A stretch of 64,000 nt of DNA from the NCBI GenBank assembly GCA_040954595.2, contig CM082590.2:6758001-6822000 (forward strand). Reading direction: 5' to 3'. The notes under the pieces were generated by a model. It was given only the letters and a program-made list of their open reading frames with translations. It was not told where the DNA came from and searched no databases. Source of the DNA: Balanoglossus misakiensis. Its lineage: Eukaryota; Animalia; Hemichordata. The translations under genes were made by a program, and so were the position numbers. Of this stretch, positions 26,201 to 38,245 are shown in pieces (the first letter of the stretch is position 1; each line of letters opens with the position of its first letter).

Positions 26201-29200
26201 ATTTTGGGAAGATAACTTTATGGGAGAAATCAGTCGATGGAACCAGATCAAATCCGAAAATGGTCTGACCATCAAAATGTCAAAGTGGCACGTTTGCTGA
26301 TCGACATGTACAACATTTCCGTTGTAAACAAACCCGCGCATCATTTCAAGTGTTACGGGCAATATTTACAGCTTGCACGTAGCTACAGTTGCCCAAACCT
26401 TTCTTCTATCTTCATTATATAGTATTCCATGATGAATGTACGGGAAAAACGGGCATTTTTCGATGATCAAAAATGGATACACACGAGAAATACTGGGGCT
26501 TTAATTATGTTTGATACAAGACACCGTTTATGTTTTTCTACATGTGGATATATAGTGAATTAACGTTCGACCATACACAACTTCCATCCCACTTGCAGAC
26601 ACGAGAGTGAAAAACTCGCCAAAATGAATAATTGGTCTCTACCATTTATCCATTTTGGCGAGATTTGTACTTTCATATCTACAAACGGAATGGAAGTTGT
26701 GTGTGGTTGAATGTTGATTCACTATATATGCACATGTACATTAATATAAACGGTGTCTTGTATCAAACATAATTAATGGAAATGGGCAGCGAGAGAGAAT
26801 AACAAATCTGCAGTGTCTCAGTAGGTTGTCATTCATGTATTTTGCAGCCTGCATTGCAACTGCACTTTTATATTGTTAGTAACATTGCGCATTTGTGGTA
26901 CCACAATATTGAAAATTTTTGTATATTTTTTTTTCAGCTTCAGCACATGGTGACTGAGGACATCAATGTTAGTCTGAGTGATTTGTATTTACAAGAGAGG
27001 AAGACGGGCGGGGCCGGCGGTAGTCATGGCAGCCAACCGGCTAGATCCAGTCTGGAGTCCATGTACCAAAGAAAAGCTGAACAGCAGTTGTCTGATGAAC
27101 AAAATGTCTTCAAAATCTGTTATGTAAGTATTTAATGTCCCCTCAGTTTGTGTTGAGCTGATTTCATTATGGAGATATCGTTAGAACTCTGTTTTATATT
27201 TATTTGTGTAGATTTAAAACAATCAGTGTGCTTCTTTGGAAGATTTTTGGACAAGTATTACCGAGAATGTGTGAATAATAGAATCTCACACTCCTTAAGG
27301 ATCATATGTCTCACTCAAGTGTGGGACAAAATATCCCCGACGAGTGGGAGAAATATGATCCCAGATCCTTGGTGGTGAGATTCTATTTCTCACACGACCA
27401 CAAATTAACAAACAAATTCGTATTAGAAACATTGAATTATCAACTCTGGAACTGTCGTCTGGCACGTTGTAGTTTCTGTCCGTTTATTACACTTTAGATG
27501 ACATTTAGTGAGTGTGGATGAAATAACGACTTCGTTCTCAGTGGCCAGGAGTGTGAGAAATTCTGAACCTCAACCCAACCCCTGTATCTGTTCATGAAGA
27601 AATATCTTTTCATGTTTAGGGCACTCTAACATTTTTTTTTACATTGACAGTTCTTTGTAACAATCAATGTGCCCCTTTGGTAGATTTTATAGACACTGAC
27701 TCATTACAGAGAAAATTTCTCTAAATCAACCCAGCCCCTGTACAATCTAGTCATGAAGAAATATCTTATCATGTTGAGGGTGCTCTAACTTATTTTCCTC
27801 TTTACGTTGACAGTTCAAGGATGCCAAGAAACTGACGTTTGAGTTGTTGGACACGGACGAAGATCACAGCGACGACCCTGTGGAAGTGGAGAAGTGGTCG
27901 GATTACGTGGAGAGATACGTTGGGAATGAGAATACCACACCGGAGCTCCGAGAAGCGCTGTCCAGAAAACCAGTCTTCTTACCAAGGTGAGATAATAGTT
28001 AATAAGCAGTTAATTGTATGGCTGTAATGGTTTGGTTCAAATCATTGTTTCCTGAAGGAAAGTTGGATTTCTACTGAGGGAAACCGGGGGTGAGGGTACC
28101 CCCTTTCACCACAATGGTATTGTCCAAATCCATTGTTTTCTATGGTAGACCTGGACCTCTATAGAGGGAACTGGGGTGAAAGGGTTAAATCTCTTTAGAG
28201 GTCCAATTACCATTGAAAACAATTGGATTTGGTGGTGAATGTGGTAACACTATTACAGTACTTCTGTGGGTTAGGGTAAGGATGCAAGACTAGCCACACT
28301 AATAGGAAGATTCACCCTTTCACCACCATGGTTGTTTTATGGTAAAGTTCCATCTCTATAGAAGGAACTGGGGGTGAAATGGTTTTTATTTTTCGCTGAT
28401 TGATAAAATCGGCTGAATTAAATCCCAATGAAATTGTTAAATAACGATACAGCGCGTAGCCAAATCTGTGAATGTAAAACCCAGTGAATGTGTCCCATCA
28501 TCAAAAGAGTGAAATTAAAAGCTAGATTTGGAGAGCGCCGCCTAGAGTCCACTGACCTTCTCTGCTCCCTCTCTCTCTCTCTCCAGGAATGTGCGGCGAG
28601 GGCGTCAGCAGAGAGCGGGCAGCGACACGGACTCGGCCAGCGAAGACACGGAGAAAGAGAAGAAAGAGAAAAGTGAGGAGAAGGAGCCCGGAAACGAGAC
28701 GAAGGTGAAGGAAGAGAAAGAGAATGTAGCGGAAGACATGGCTGGGGTGGAGATGGCGAGTAACATGGAGTGTAAATTTAATCTGAACTCTTATAAGATG
28801 GTGTATGTTGTGAACTCGGAGGATTATATGTACAGGAGGTCTGCTATGAAGAAAGCCAGAGAGGTAAGTGAAAATGCTGTGTATTGGGGTTGTGAGGAGA
28901 GAGAGGGGAGGGAGAGATAACCATGGGGGGGGGGGGGGGGTGAGAGAGGAGGAAGATAGACAGCCATGTTGGAGAGAGAAGGGGGGTTAGCGGAAACTAC
29001 TGTGTATGGGGGATTGAGAAAGGAGGAAGAGATAGACAGTGTGTGTGTGTTTGTGTGTGCATTGAGCATGAGTGAAAGAGTGATGACATTTCACTTGCTT
29101 GTGTCTGTATTGTGCTAACGTGCGTACTTTTGTTTAGGGTGTGTTAGGGAACTTTGATCCAAATTGTTGTGTACGAGCTTTTGATTGATCCAGGATTGCT

Positions 29201-29595
29201 ATTCAAGTAAGAGAATAAACTGGCGACACATAGATTGAAAAGATTTTAAAAAATCGGGTCTATGAAAATAAGTTTGGATGCGTTTCAATGAACAGAAAAA
29301 AACGTCATTTTGACAACTCTTCTAATGAACGTCTTTTGAACTTTCGTGTTCTCAGTCGCATCCCGTGATATCCGCCAAACTCCATCAGCGTTTCCGACGC
29401 TGGCTGGGAACCTGGGAGGAGACGAACATCTCGGAGGAGCAACACAACAGCTGCAAGGACTGGTTGCTGGGCAACTACGAGGAGATCAAGGCGTGCGAAA
29501 CTCAGGAAACCCACGTGAAGACAGACAGTCTGGACTATTGTAAATACACGGTGGTGTACGAGGAGGAGGCGCCCTCGACGACGTCGTCATCGTAA
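11261..29595 (+). CDS. SIN3: Paired amphipathic helix protein Sin3 (SIN3A/B co-ortholog, ~1326 aa); exons 11261-11433, 12119-12394, 12793-13114, 15238-15531, 16060-16308, 16883-17020, 17573-17656, 18199-18317, 18955-19073, 20222-20436, 20982-21220, 21773-21956, 22661-22778, 23129-23236, 23881-23993, 24489-24672, 25632-25801, 26938-27123, 27814-27986, 28587-28863, 29356-29595
   Basis: PAH1 [48 protein letters not shown]; PAH2 [18 protein letters not shown]; PAH3 [15 protein letters not shown]; HDAC-interaction domain [15 protein letters not shown]...[19 protein letters not shown] and [10 protein letters not shown]; C-terminal [10 protein letters not shown]. All junctions are GT-AG, phases are consistent, and the total is 3981 nt. 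Confidence 0.97.
13182..14353. mobile_element. TIR element (GGATGTACG...CGTACATCC) carrying an internal 110-bp tandem array; unexpanded copy at 54301-54712, partial copy ~62270-62638
   Basis: Shared termini and internal sequence with 54301-54712, which is TTAA-flanked. Confidence 0.8.
13199..14070 (+). repeat. 110-bp minisatellite, ~8 copies
   Basis: GTACAGTGTGCGAACCTGTGCGCATTTGTC recurs at 13199, 13309, 13419, 13529, 13639, 13749, 13859 and 13969. Confidence 0.97.
15037..15198. mobile_element. ~165 bp Tc1/pogo-like MITE (TA|CAGTCAAACCTGTCTATAGTGGCC...CAGGTTTGACTG|TA); copies near 17365-17505, 21550-21670, 22829-23000, 40350-40588, 56916-57095, 59909-60072
   Basis: CAGT termini, TA flanks, dispersed copies. 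Confidence 0.85.
16340..16535. repeat. CT-rich pyrimidine microsatellite
   Basis: Direct reading. Confidence 0.9.
17108..17268. mobile_element. Tc1/pogo-like MITE (TA|CAGTAAAACTCCAATTATCCGAACT TIRs); second copy ~56412-56587
   Basis: ~25-bp TIRs with TA flanks; two near-identical copies in opposite orientation. Confidence 0.85.
17733..18027. mobile_element. ~300 bp piggyBac-like MITE (TTAA|CCCTAATGCT...GCGTTAGGG|TTAA); other copies 9623-10050 (reverse, one end tandemly duplicated), ~12457-12694, ~20762-20940 (partial), 32209-32515
   Basis: High-identity dispersed copies with TIRs and TTAA TSDs. Confidence 0.88.
18508..18712. mobile_element. ~205 bp TA-flanked MITE (CTGTAAAACACTTTATTTTCGCGAG TIRs); copies 39384-39591, 50411-50617, 52720-52921, 61091-61298
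   Basis: Five high-identity copies with ~25-bp TIRs and TA flanks. Confidence 0.9.
19501..20283 (+). repeat. ~175-190 bp degenerate tandem duplication spanning a Sin3 intron/exon boundary (pseudo-exon starts)
   Basis: AG|ATTTCTCATCTTGCAAACGTTAC...GCCTTGCCCAA recurs at ~19676, ~19855, ~20033 and at the real exon 20220; a shorter relic lies at ~19608. Confidence 0.9.
20461..20645. mobile_element. ~165-190 bp TTAA-flanked MITE (AGGTATACGGTCACCT...AGGTGACCGTATACCT), Kolobok-like ends; copies near 8444, 9373-9558, 38373-38536, 49959-50132
   Basis: 16-bp TIRs, TTAA flanks in most copies, shared internal sequence. Confidence 0.82.
25137..25585 (+). repeat. 31-bp minisatellite (ACTTTGTTTTGAAAGCAAGCAGTTTTGTCCT), ~14 copies, ending ~45 bp before a Sin3 acceptor
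   Basis: Direct reading. Confidence 0.95.
25907..26500. mobile_element. ~594 bp TTAA-flanked TIR element nested inside another MITE
   Basis: TIRs AGCCTCAGTATTTCTCGT / ACGAGAAATACTGGGGCT. TTAA at 25903-25906 and 26501-26504; the host MITE resumes (ttatgtttgatacaagac) directly after. Confidence 0.85.
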
Positions 29596-29664
29596 CACAA
29601 ACCCGATGCGTGTTTTCTTTTTTGTGTGGACAGATTTTTTGGATGATACCTTTTTGGACTGAGG

Positions 29665-29970
29665 CAGGGTTCTCCCCAGGCTGGTCAGCAGTGGTCAGGG
29701 CCAACTCCACTCTACTCTGGCAAACAAAGGCTGCCAGCAGGCAATATAGTGTGTACTCAATTCAGTCTAATGTCTCATTTTGATACATTGATGAATGGGT
29801 ATGACTTGCAACAGACATGAATATTAATGGTATGCGTATTAATATTCATGAATATTAATGAATATGTTAATTAATATTCATAATTATTAATGAATACAAA
29901 TGTATGTTTATTGGTATTCGTGAATATTAATGAGTAGCCAGCACTCAAGTCAAGCTGGGGGAGAACCCTG
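29665..29970. mobile_element. TIR element (CAGGGTTCTCCCC...GGGGAGAACCCTG) in the Sin3 3'UTR with an AT-rich palindromic core
   Basis: 13-bp TIRs, near-TSD CTGAGG/CTGAAG, related sequence at ~58945-59052. Confidence 0.65.
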
Positions 29971-32149
29971 CTGAAGTATAGTAAGATTATTGGTGGAAAG
30001 TTTCTGTCAGAAGGGGGGAAACTGAACAGCTCTCTTGGTTTCTTGACTACAGTATGAATTTGTTAAGTCCGAAACGACAATTATTGTTGGTCATTGAGAA
30101 AAGCAATCTTGTATTAAATTGTTTTGTTTTGATGGAATTGTGTCTCCAACAGCAATTCTGACCTCAAAAACTGTGACATCATCATTTTATGACCCCAAAA
30201 CTTGTGACATCATCACTTTACGACTTCAAAAATTGTGACATCATCACTTTATGGTAATCACTACTAATTTACACTACAGAAAAACATGGCTGGCATCACA
30301 AAGGTATGTTTTATGCTATAACCACTGAACATGTTTGGGAAATGACTGGTGTCGTAAAAACAATTATATGACATCATTCTACTCTATCACATGGTGACTT
30401 CACAGTTCAATGTGACAGGAAACTATGAAAGTGTGTTTAGTTTTCTCGTTTGTGCACAGATAGCAGTGACTGATTTGAGAAGGGTGTAATTATGTGAATA
30501 AGTCTTTACAAACGAGTCCATCCCTGATTAAGTCGAGTGGACTAACCTTCCGTCTGAAGCACAGGTGGTTTATTCCATTATTGGGGAATGAAACGGGGGT
30601 GGTGATTGTTAGTTTGGAGGGGAGAGGAGTTTGAAGAGATGAGATATATTTTTTGATACATGGTGACTTTTTTTTTATCGTCACCACAGGGTACAACACT
30701 GCCACGTATGGAAATATTTTACAACTGCTGTATTTGAATCCGACATCTGCTTCTTGACGATTTTCAGTCAAAAGCGAGTTTTCTTCTAAGAAAAACACCC
30801 TACGGTCTGTTGTTACGGTGATGACAAGACAAGGTTGTCCAAGATTTTTGCCAAGTTGTCCCACTCCACCCCTCTGTCCGAATGGACCGGCCTTGTTAAC
30901 AATGGGACTGTTCCATTACCTTGGGATGTACAGGGGTGACCGGCTTCCAAGCCACAGGTTGTAAATACTTTCATATAAATATATATAAATATAGACACCT
31001 AGTGATTTCTGTAAAACATGAAATTTTGCAGTTTGTGTGTTGGTACCAGTCCAGAAACACTGTACTCCAGACATTGTATAATTAGTGTGATGTGCGCCCT
31101 CTGGGTCCACTACTAGGAGAGTATGTGTACAGGTTCGAAAGCAATAATTTCTTTCCCATAAAATATTTTGTGGTTCTTTTTTTTTGGCAAATTAGCAGAT
31201 AGTTTTCATTTTGGCTATAGTTTGTTATAGCAATCTTTGTACACACTTCCCTTCCTTTTCATTAGGGCTACTCAAGAATAATGTCGCACACAGACAACTG
31301 CAGTGTTCTATAGAAAACAGACACGGGATATAGAGCATAATATGTGTACAAATCAATGTGGGTTAGCGCGTTCATAGGAATATACATATTTCTATGGCCG
31401 TTTTCACATGTGATTTTTGTCTGTACCGTTGCGCGTTCGAATTCCGGGATTTCATCTATTTTTCCAGGCCCACATCACGCTTGGAAAAAAAACGTCTTGT
31501 CAGCTTACTTTTAAAAATCCACAACAAAATTTAGGAAATTTCACAAATGTCAAAATTGTTAATCTAAGCGAGAAAAACTGACGCCATTATGCATTTCAGA
31601 ATCGTTATTTCATTAGTTCTGTCCGCGTTGCAAATTGTACATTTTTTCTTTCGTTTTTTTTTTGTAGGTGGGGACGGTCGGTCTATGTTTTCATAAATTT
31701 TAGCAACTTACAAATGATAGTATCGGTATTTGACAAAACTAAAAAGACGTTTGTTGCTGGGTCCCAGTACTCGTAATTTCACTTTCTACTTCGAAAATGA
31801 AAATTATATATATACACCATACCAAAAAATGAGCAGCCATTTTATAAAACTATGCCATTCATCGATTTTTTGAATTAAGAAAAAATAAAAGATGCACTGT
31901 ATAAAAGTACAAAATTTGACAACTTTTGTAACATATTCTGAAAAGAAATCAAGCCAAATATTTTTACAGAATAAAATTTTTGTTTTATTTGTTGAAAATT
32001 CAAAAAGTTCAAAATGGCTGGTCTGATTTGTAGATCTTCCAGTGTGATAGTCTGTTGAGTGTTTCCTCCACTGTTCTTTGGAGCGCTCTTGTCTGTTGTA
32101 TACATATACCTACTATGACTCATGGAGTTATTTGACATCCTAATATTAT

Positions 32150-32155
32150 AATAAA
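32150..32155 (+). terminator. Candidate Sin3 polyadenylation signal (AATAAA), implying a ~2.5 kb 3'UTR
   Basis: AATAAA followed by a U/GU-rich tract (cttgtttttttttttc). No transcript evidence. Confidence 0.45.
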
Positions 32156-33547
32156 GCTGTCTTGTTTTTTTTTTCAATGAAAACATTTTTGTGCGTCTAT
32201 TAATTTAACCCTAATGCTACCGGGTGTCATACCTGTTTAAAGTGTCAAGTCCCTAAAATACGTATTTGCCACTTTTTCTTCTAAAACGTATTTTGACTGT
32301 CTTGACATTGCTCTCATACGTACTTAGACACACTTGGCAGTCTGAGCCCCCTGTAAAATGTACCAAATCGCACTGGTTTGCATTGTATTGGTCTGAGGGT
32401 CTTGTATAGGCCCTACTGATTAACAAGCACTTGGCAGTCTAACAGGCCTGGGAGCCAGGATTCTAGGCACGGTGGAAATCTAACCAGTTTCACAACTGAC
32501 TTGGCAGTGTTAGGGTTAATAGTATGAGTAGATCAGCAGTGTTTGGCTATTAATGCCTCTAGAGGTGCCACTTTTTGCATTATCTTCATGACTTTATTTT
32601 CCAACTTTGTCAAAAGTTATGATACATGCTATATGTAGATCTTTCAGGGGTCAAGAAAGTGGCATATTGCTAGAAAAGTTACATCATTGCAATACTGAAC
32701 AGAACACAATTTCACACACCACACATAGTACTAGTTGTCTACTGGTTTTCATTTTAATGCATGAGTTAGGAAAATACATTTTGCATTACTCAAAGTTATT
32801 TTGCCCGTTTACAGGTTAGCATCAGCAAGATTCGAATGCCTTCTCTTGGTTACCTACACCCACAGCAAAGGTACGTGTCCTCGAAAAATGATACTATCTA
32901 CCAAAATAAAATCTCCCAAACATTCAAGTAACTGCATTCTGGTTATATCTTACGGGACATGTATCAAAATTAATATTTAATACCATGGTCAGACCATGTT
33001 AATACTTGTAAATAAATTTTGTAGTGACTTCCTGTCTGTGTTGTGCCAAACTATCACAATGCATTGTGGGTAAACAAGATGGCGGCTATGCTCAGAAAGA
33101 TTTCATTAATAGGCTATATTGTACGAGGACCCACATGTGGCCATTGCATCCTGACATTTTGTTGGAATGAGTTTATAATTTTGAGATTACACTCAGGAAC
33201 AGTCAATCATACTACTGAATTTGTTTGACTAGTTAGTTACAAATATTGTGTGGGTCTGTATATTACTAAATACAGATAAACAGTATAAAATAACAGAAAC
33301 AAACTATATATAAGTTACAGAAGTTTTATAAACTAACACCATTCTGTGGTAAGTTTATGGAAGCAAGATTCAGGTACCCCTTAATATTTACTATTCAGCC
33401 ATTTGCCACCAAAAAAAAAAAATACTTTTTACAATCCAAGACAGTCCCTTAGAAAAGAATTGAAAGTTTCAGAAAATAAAACAACATTTTCAAATTTTTA
33501 AAAACAAAAAAAACATGAGTTAGAAAAAAAGTCAAACTTCTCTAGAA

Positions 33548-34184
33548 TCATAGTTCTGTTTTGACTTTTTCAGCCTTTTTCTTTTTATCTCCAGATTTTT
33601 TATCCTTTTTACTTTTCTTGCTTTTTCCTTTCTTATCCTTATCTTCCTTTTTCTCAGTACTTCCACCTTCAGCTTTAAGTCTAGCTATTTGTGCAGCTCC
33701 CGGGAAATTTTGATTTTCAAACGAGACCTCTTCACAACGTTCTTGTTCAACTAAAAAGTTCTTGATATCCCATGCATTACTTCCGTCTTTTAAGACCAAA
33801 ATGATCCGGTCGTCCGAAATCACATATCTGTAAAATAAAAAGGCATGATATACTTTTAGATTAAAGCTCCATTAGCTGTAAATTTTCGCTATGTTTTCAG
33901 TATTTTTGTTTTGTGTATCTACTGCAGTTTCTTCTTCAAATCCCTGTTGACTAGCAGAGTACTGAGTATATTTGCATGATGTTTAGAGTAGCGCAAGAAA
34001 TTTCATTTGATGCACAGAACAAAAATACTGAAATTTAGCCAAAAGTAAAGACAGGTTTCCAGATTAGACAGGGTTCAGTCTAGACAGGTTTTACTGTTCT
34101 TGTTTTTTATGGGATTCGAACTCAGACCTACCGCATCAATTCATGTGGGAAAAATCAAGCACAAATAATCTTTCTTTTTCTCTG

Positions 34185-34219
<35 letters not shown>

Positions 34220-36129
34220 ATGTATGTATGTATGTATGTCTCTCTGTTGCTGTCTATCTCTCTCACTGTCTCTGTCTATATATCTCTCTTTCTCTCTCCC
34301 TGTCTCACCTTGTCAACTCAAAATGAGCATTGAATAACATGGACTGCCACAGCACAGTTATATCTTCAGTTTCTTTTTTCGTTGGATTGCCAGACACGGT
34401 CGCAAACATCATCAGCGTTTTTCCCTTCTTGGTCATTTTAATCATTTCTTCTGGTTTCTTCGGATCCAGCTTCGTCATATCGAAATCGGGAAGCGGTCTC
34501 TTGTGCTCTGGCAAGTCGTCCGGATCAGTTTCATCCTCAGCTTCCTGGAAGACAACAATACACTACGTGCTAATGTCCTGTCGCAATTGGTCAGAATTGG
34601 TCAAATGACTACCAAAATATGCCAATGCCCCACCACAATTGGTCAGAATGAGTCACGTGACTACAAAATATGCCAATGCCCTGCCTCAATTGGTCAGAAT
34701 GAGTCACATGACAAGATATGCTAATGTGGTGCCAAAATTGCAGCATTCCATCCAGGATGGCATGATCAACAGGGGGATACGCCCCCCACCCCCACCCCCG
34801 CTATGTATTTGGGGGATTCCACTCTAGCAAGGGGAATGTAATATCTCTAACATGGGAGTCTGGGTGACATCATTTTAAAGGGCACAGAGGTTTTTTGGCA
34901 ATATGTACCAGCATAAAAGTTAATACACGTACACTAAATCAATTAATAAAAAGGTGCCACAAGTAAAAATAGTTTTTTGTTTTTTTAACTATACGTGGCA
35001 TTTGCAAAATAGCTTTAATGTACCAGCAAAACCAGCACTTTTTCTCAATGGATAGTACAATGAAAATTTCACAATTTTTATTGTTATAATACTATTGGCA
35101 TAAAGTGAGAAAACTCGTTATTATGAGCTTGTGGGCTAATAATATTTTATGAATGGGTAAGTTGACAATCTGACTTGTCTGACAGTAGAAAATTATTTGG
35201 TTTTTATAACATGTAGGTAATGCAATCTGATTCAAATGAGATCTGGAATTGATACCTCATGAAGGCTGGTCCAGAACAGACACCAAATAGAATTTTATAC
35301 ACCAACCACAGAGATAAGTAAATTGTTTAAAGGGAAATTAGCTGTAACTTTTGACTTTATTTTCAGTATTTTTGTTCTGTGTACCAAATGCAATTTCTTG
35401 CTCTAAACCGAACATCATACAAATACTCCACTTGTCAACATGGCCTGTATGAGTGTAACAGCTATTGATATTCTTGACAAATGAATTCTCAGATCAGTCA
35501 TTGGTGATTTCCATTTCTCAAATAAACACAAATTAATTTCAATGATTAAGTACCAGCAATATGGTGCACCGATTAATTCAAACACATTTGAATATATTTG
35601 CGTTATGAATTAAACTAGTGAAACAAAGCGAAAACAGTACCAGATGTTCTCCAACAGTGAAAGTTAGACAGGCCTGCATTCATGTACAGTGCCACTGGCA
35701 ATGAGACAACAGCCAATCAGAAATAAACACATTATCTTTGTAAATTGCATTTTGTAAACAGTTTTACGAAAGGATTGTGTTTTATAACACACAGGCAGAG
35801 AGATTAATTTGATTGAAAACTGACAAACAGACGGTGATACATGCATCTGAGTAAAATGAAACCTTGTATTGTAGGTTAATTACTAAAATTCTGTATGAAA
35901 GTTTCACTGTCGTCTGCAATACACTACGTACCTCCCATTGATCAAACAATCGCTGCATGTCTGCATCGGAGTAATCACGCACATCTTTCTTCTTCCAGTC
36001 ATTTGTGGGTTTCCCCGGTCGTTTTTCCTCTCCCCCTTCGTCTGCTAAACCGGTGTTAGCAAAGAGACAGCCGATGCACAGCAGAAACACACACACGTGT
36101 GACAACAATCTTCTTGTCAACACTGCCAT
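33548..36129 (-). CDS. MESD: LRP chaperone MESD/boca (~237 aa); exons 36129-35932, 34544-34309, 33827-33548
   Basis: Signal peptide, then KKKDVRDYSDADMQRLFDQWE, KMTKKGKTLMMFATVSGNPT and LKDGSNAWDIKNFLVEQERC, a Lys-rich tail and KDEL-like C-terminus KTEL. GT-AG introns, phases 0 and 2. Confidence 0.96.
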
Positions 36130-36570
36130 GTTGATTGCAAGCTCATCTCATGAACCCGGAAGTATGAGGTCATCTACTTATAGAAGTAGTTCTGGTCGCC
36201 TCACACCATTACATAATATACATCCGCATTTATTTTCGTTGACAACACAAATAATCTGCTATTAATTTTTACAATATAGATATTCTGTTAACACTTAAAA
36301 ATAAATGTATGAAAAAATCTTAATTCTGTACTCGTAAGGTGCAGGTTATTGAAGAAATGGTATGTTGGATCTACATTTTAAAGGATAGTCCCAATTTGAG
36401 CAGAGTACACGACCCGCTGAAGGATTTTGAGAAGGTTCACACAATTGGTTAGAATAATGATGAATCTCACATACTGACCAACCGGTGAGCTTGTTTTGCA
36501 GTGGACACGCTCGCTAAGCATTCACTTCATTTGCAGTACAAAATACGAATACAAAGCACTTGAGGTGAGA
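36130..36570. promoter_or_regulatory. Putative bidirectional promoter between MESD and TLNRD1
   Basis: ETS/GABP site CCGGAAGT at ~36156-36163, just upstream of the MESD ATG. Possible plus-strand 5'UTR donor GAG|GTGAGA at ~36564. The two start codons are ~1.1 kb apart. Confidence 0.45.
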
Positions 36571-37222
36571 GTTGAAAACTGTATTCATTTTATTATTTTA
36601 TTTCGTTTGAAAATGTTGGAAAGTTGTCAGCTACGCTGATAAATAACAAACAAATGCTCTCCAGACGTTATCGTTCGTGTGGGTATGCAAATTCGCGAGT
36701 TAATAGTAACCACACCCACCGAGCGACCCTTTTCTCGAAATTCACACGAGACAGCTGATAAATCTGGAAATCGACTGGTGTTGTAAATTTCAGAGGGACT
36801 GTGTTGTGTCGTGGGTTCAGTCTGTCGTGGAGGAACCTCAGCTCCAAGGATCTGGTCAAGGAAGCGCAGCCAATATGAAGTGATGCTTGTAATTTATATA
36901 CTGGTGAGTCTTGTAGTTTATTAGAGAATGATATCATCGCGATTATACCGGGTTGATCATACAATGGACGGTCAAAGTTGAGTGGTCGTGTATATGCCCT
37001 GGTTCCTTTCATCAGCGTTTGTGTATTTCATGCCACCAAAACATCCAGAACGGTCAGCGTGGACGTACTCAACGGGCGTGGGGGAGACTGACCCGGTAAC
37101 TCTGCAACTCGTCAGATGATGAAGATCTTCGGTCTGTGGTCGAGCGATGGACATCACCATAATGGATTAATGTTAGTGGATACTTGTGCTGGCGGGGACA
37201 TCTTCGCCTGGATTTTACTGGC

Positions 37223-38245
37223 ATGGCCACTACCAGCGAGGCGCTTCATTCGTTAGCAGTGTTCAGCGAGGAGTGCGCGGCCAGGATGCAGGCTGTGGCC
37301 GATCTGTTGTTACTGACCAGCGATATAAGACCCGTGAATACAGAGAGCTTGTCTGTATTCGGAGAATCTTACGCCAAATGCAGGGATACTATCATAGCCA
37401 GGACGAAAGGGCTCTCTGTGCTAACAAGGGACCTTCTCCACCAAGTGGAAATTTCACATTATCGCGAATGTGGTGAAACTCTAAAGGAAATCTGTGCGAT
37501 GGTTGTGAGTTTGACGGAATGCTCGTCGCACGCTGCTTACTTAGCAGCGACCAGCGAACCCGGGGCTGTCAAATCAATCCCGGGGATCATCGACAAATAT
37601 AAAGTTTCACGAGCGAAGTTTGATATCGAGCATTCGTGTAACCAGATCCAGAACGTCCCGATCGTGGAGTTATCGCCGTTCCGAATCGTCAGCATCTCGG
37701 GTGAGATATCGAATAATCTGCACACGCTGACGCGGGCGTGCATCTTAGCGAGTGATGCCAGCGAGGAACAGTTCCACAAAGAGCAGTTTAAACTGTGCGT
37801 GAAGAGCGTGACTGCTTGCGCGACCGCACTCCTGTCTTCCGTCAAGAGATACAAGAACACCCTGGATGAGAAGAACCGGACTCGCTGTGTTGTTTTCTGC
37901 AAGCCACTTGTGCAGGCTTGCCAGGCGGTCGTGGAGTACGCGACCGAGAGCGAACACTTGGGAACCCCAACTCAGCTGTCGGAGGCGGGCAAGAAAGTGC
38001 AGACTGCGATCCTCGGGGGTTGCATGAGCGTTGTGAGCCCGTGCATCCAGCTGTGCCTGTGCGTGCAATCCTTAGCACACAACGCCAATCGTGCGGAAAT
38101 CCACGAGAAAATTGTATCCTGTTGCAGTGCTATCGCTGACGGTAGCAGTCTACTCTCCCAAGCCCTCCGGCAGAAATCATCACCCCGGACATCGTTCATT
38201 GGACCCTGTCAACAAGGTGATAGCGCAGTGGCAGCTAAAAAGTAA
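37223..38245 (+). CDS. TLNRD1: Talin rod domain-containing protein 1 (MESDC1), single coding exon, ~340 aa
   Basis: Uninterrupted ORF with MQAVADLLLL, CRDTIIARTKGLSVLT, EQFKLCVKSVTACATALLSSV, VQTAILGGCMSVVSPCIQL and SLLSQALRQKSSPRT, recognised as TLNRD1. First in-frame ATG (GCATGG) is at 37223; the gene is adjacent to MESD. Confidence 0.93.
   Translation: MATTSEALHSLAVFSEECAARMQAVADLLLLTSDIRPVNTESLSVFGESYAKCRDTIIARTKGLSVLTRDLLHQVEISHYRECGETLKEICAMVVSLTECSSHAAYLAATSEPGAVKSIPGIIDKYKVSRAKFDIEHSCNQIQNVPIVELSPFRIVSISGEISNNLHTLTRACILASDASEEQFHKEQFKLCVKSVTACATALLSSVKRYKNTLDEKNRTRCVVFCKPLVQACQAVVEYATESEHLGTPTQLSEAGKKVQTAILGGCMSVVSPCIQLCLCVQSLAHNANRAEIHEKIVSCCSAIADGSSLLSQALRQKSSPRTSFIGPCQQGDSAVAAKK

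Noticed and set aside
30168-30255. Three copies of TGTGACATCATCA(C/T)TTTA(T/C)G in the Sin3 3'UTR
   Set aside because: Short ~31-bp tandem repeat with no evidence of function from sequence alone.
37184-37222. N-terminal extension of the TLNRD1 ORF in the ORF track
   Set aside because: Begins at a TTG; the first in-frame ATG in good context is at 37223.
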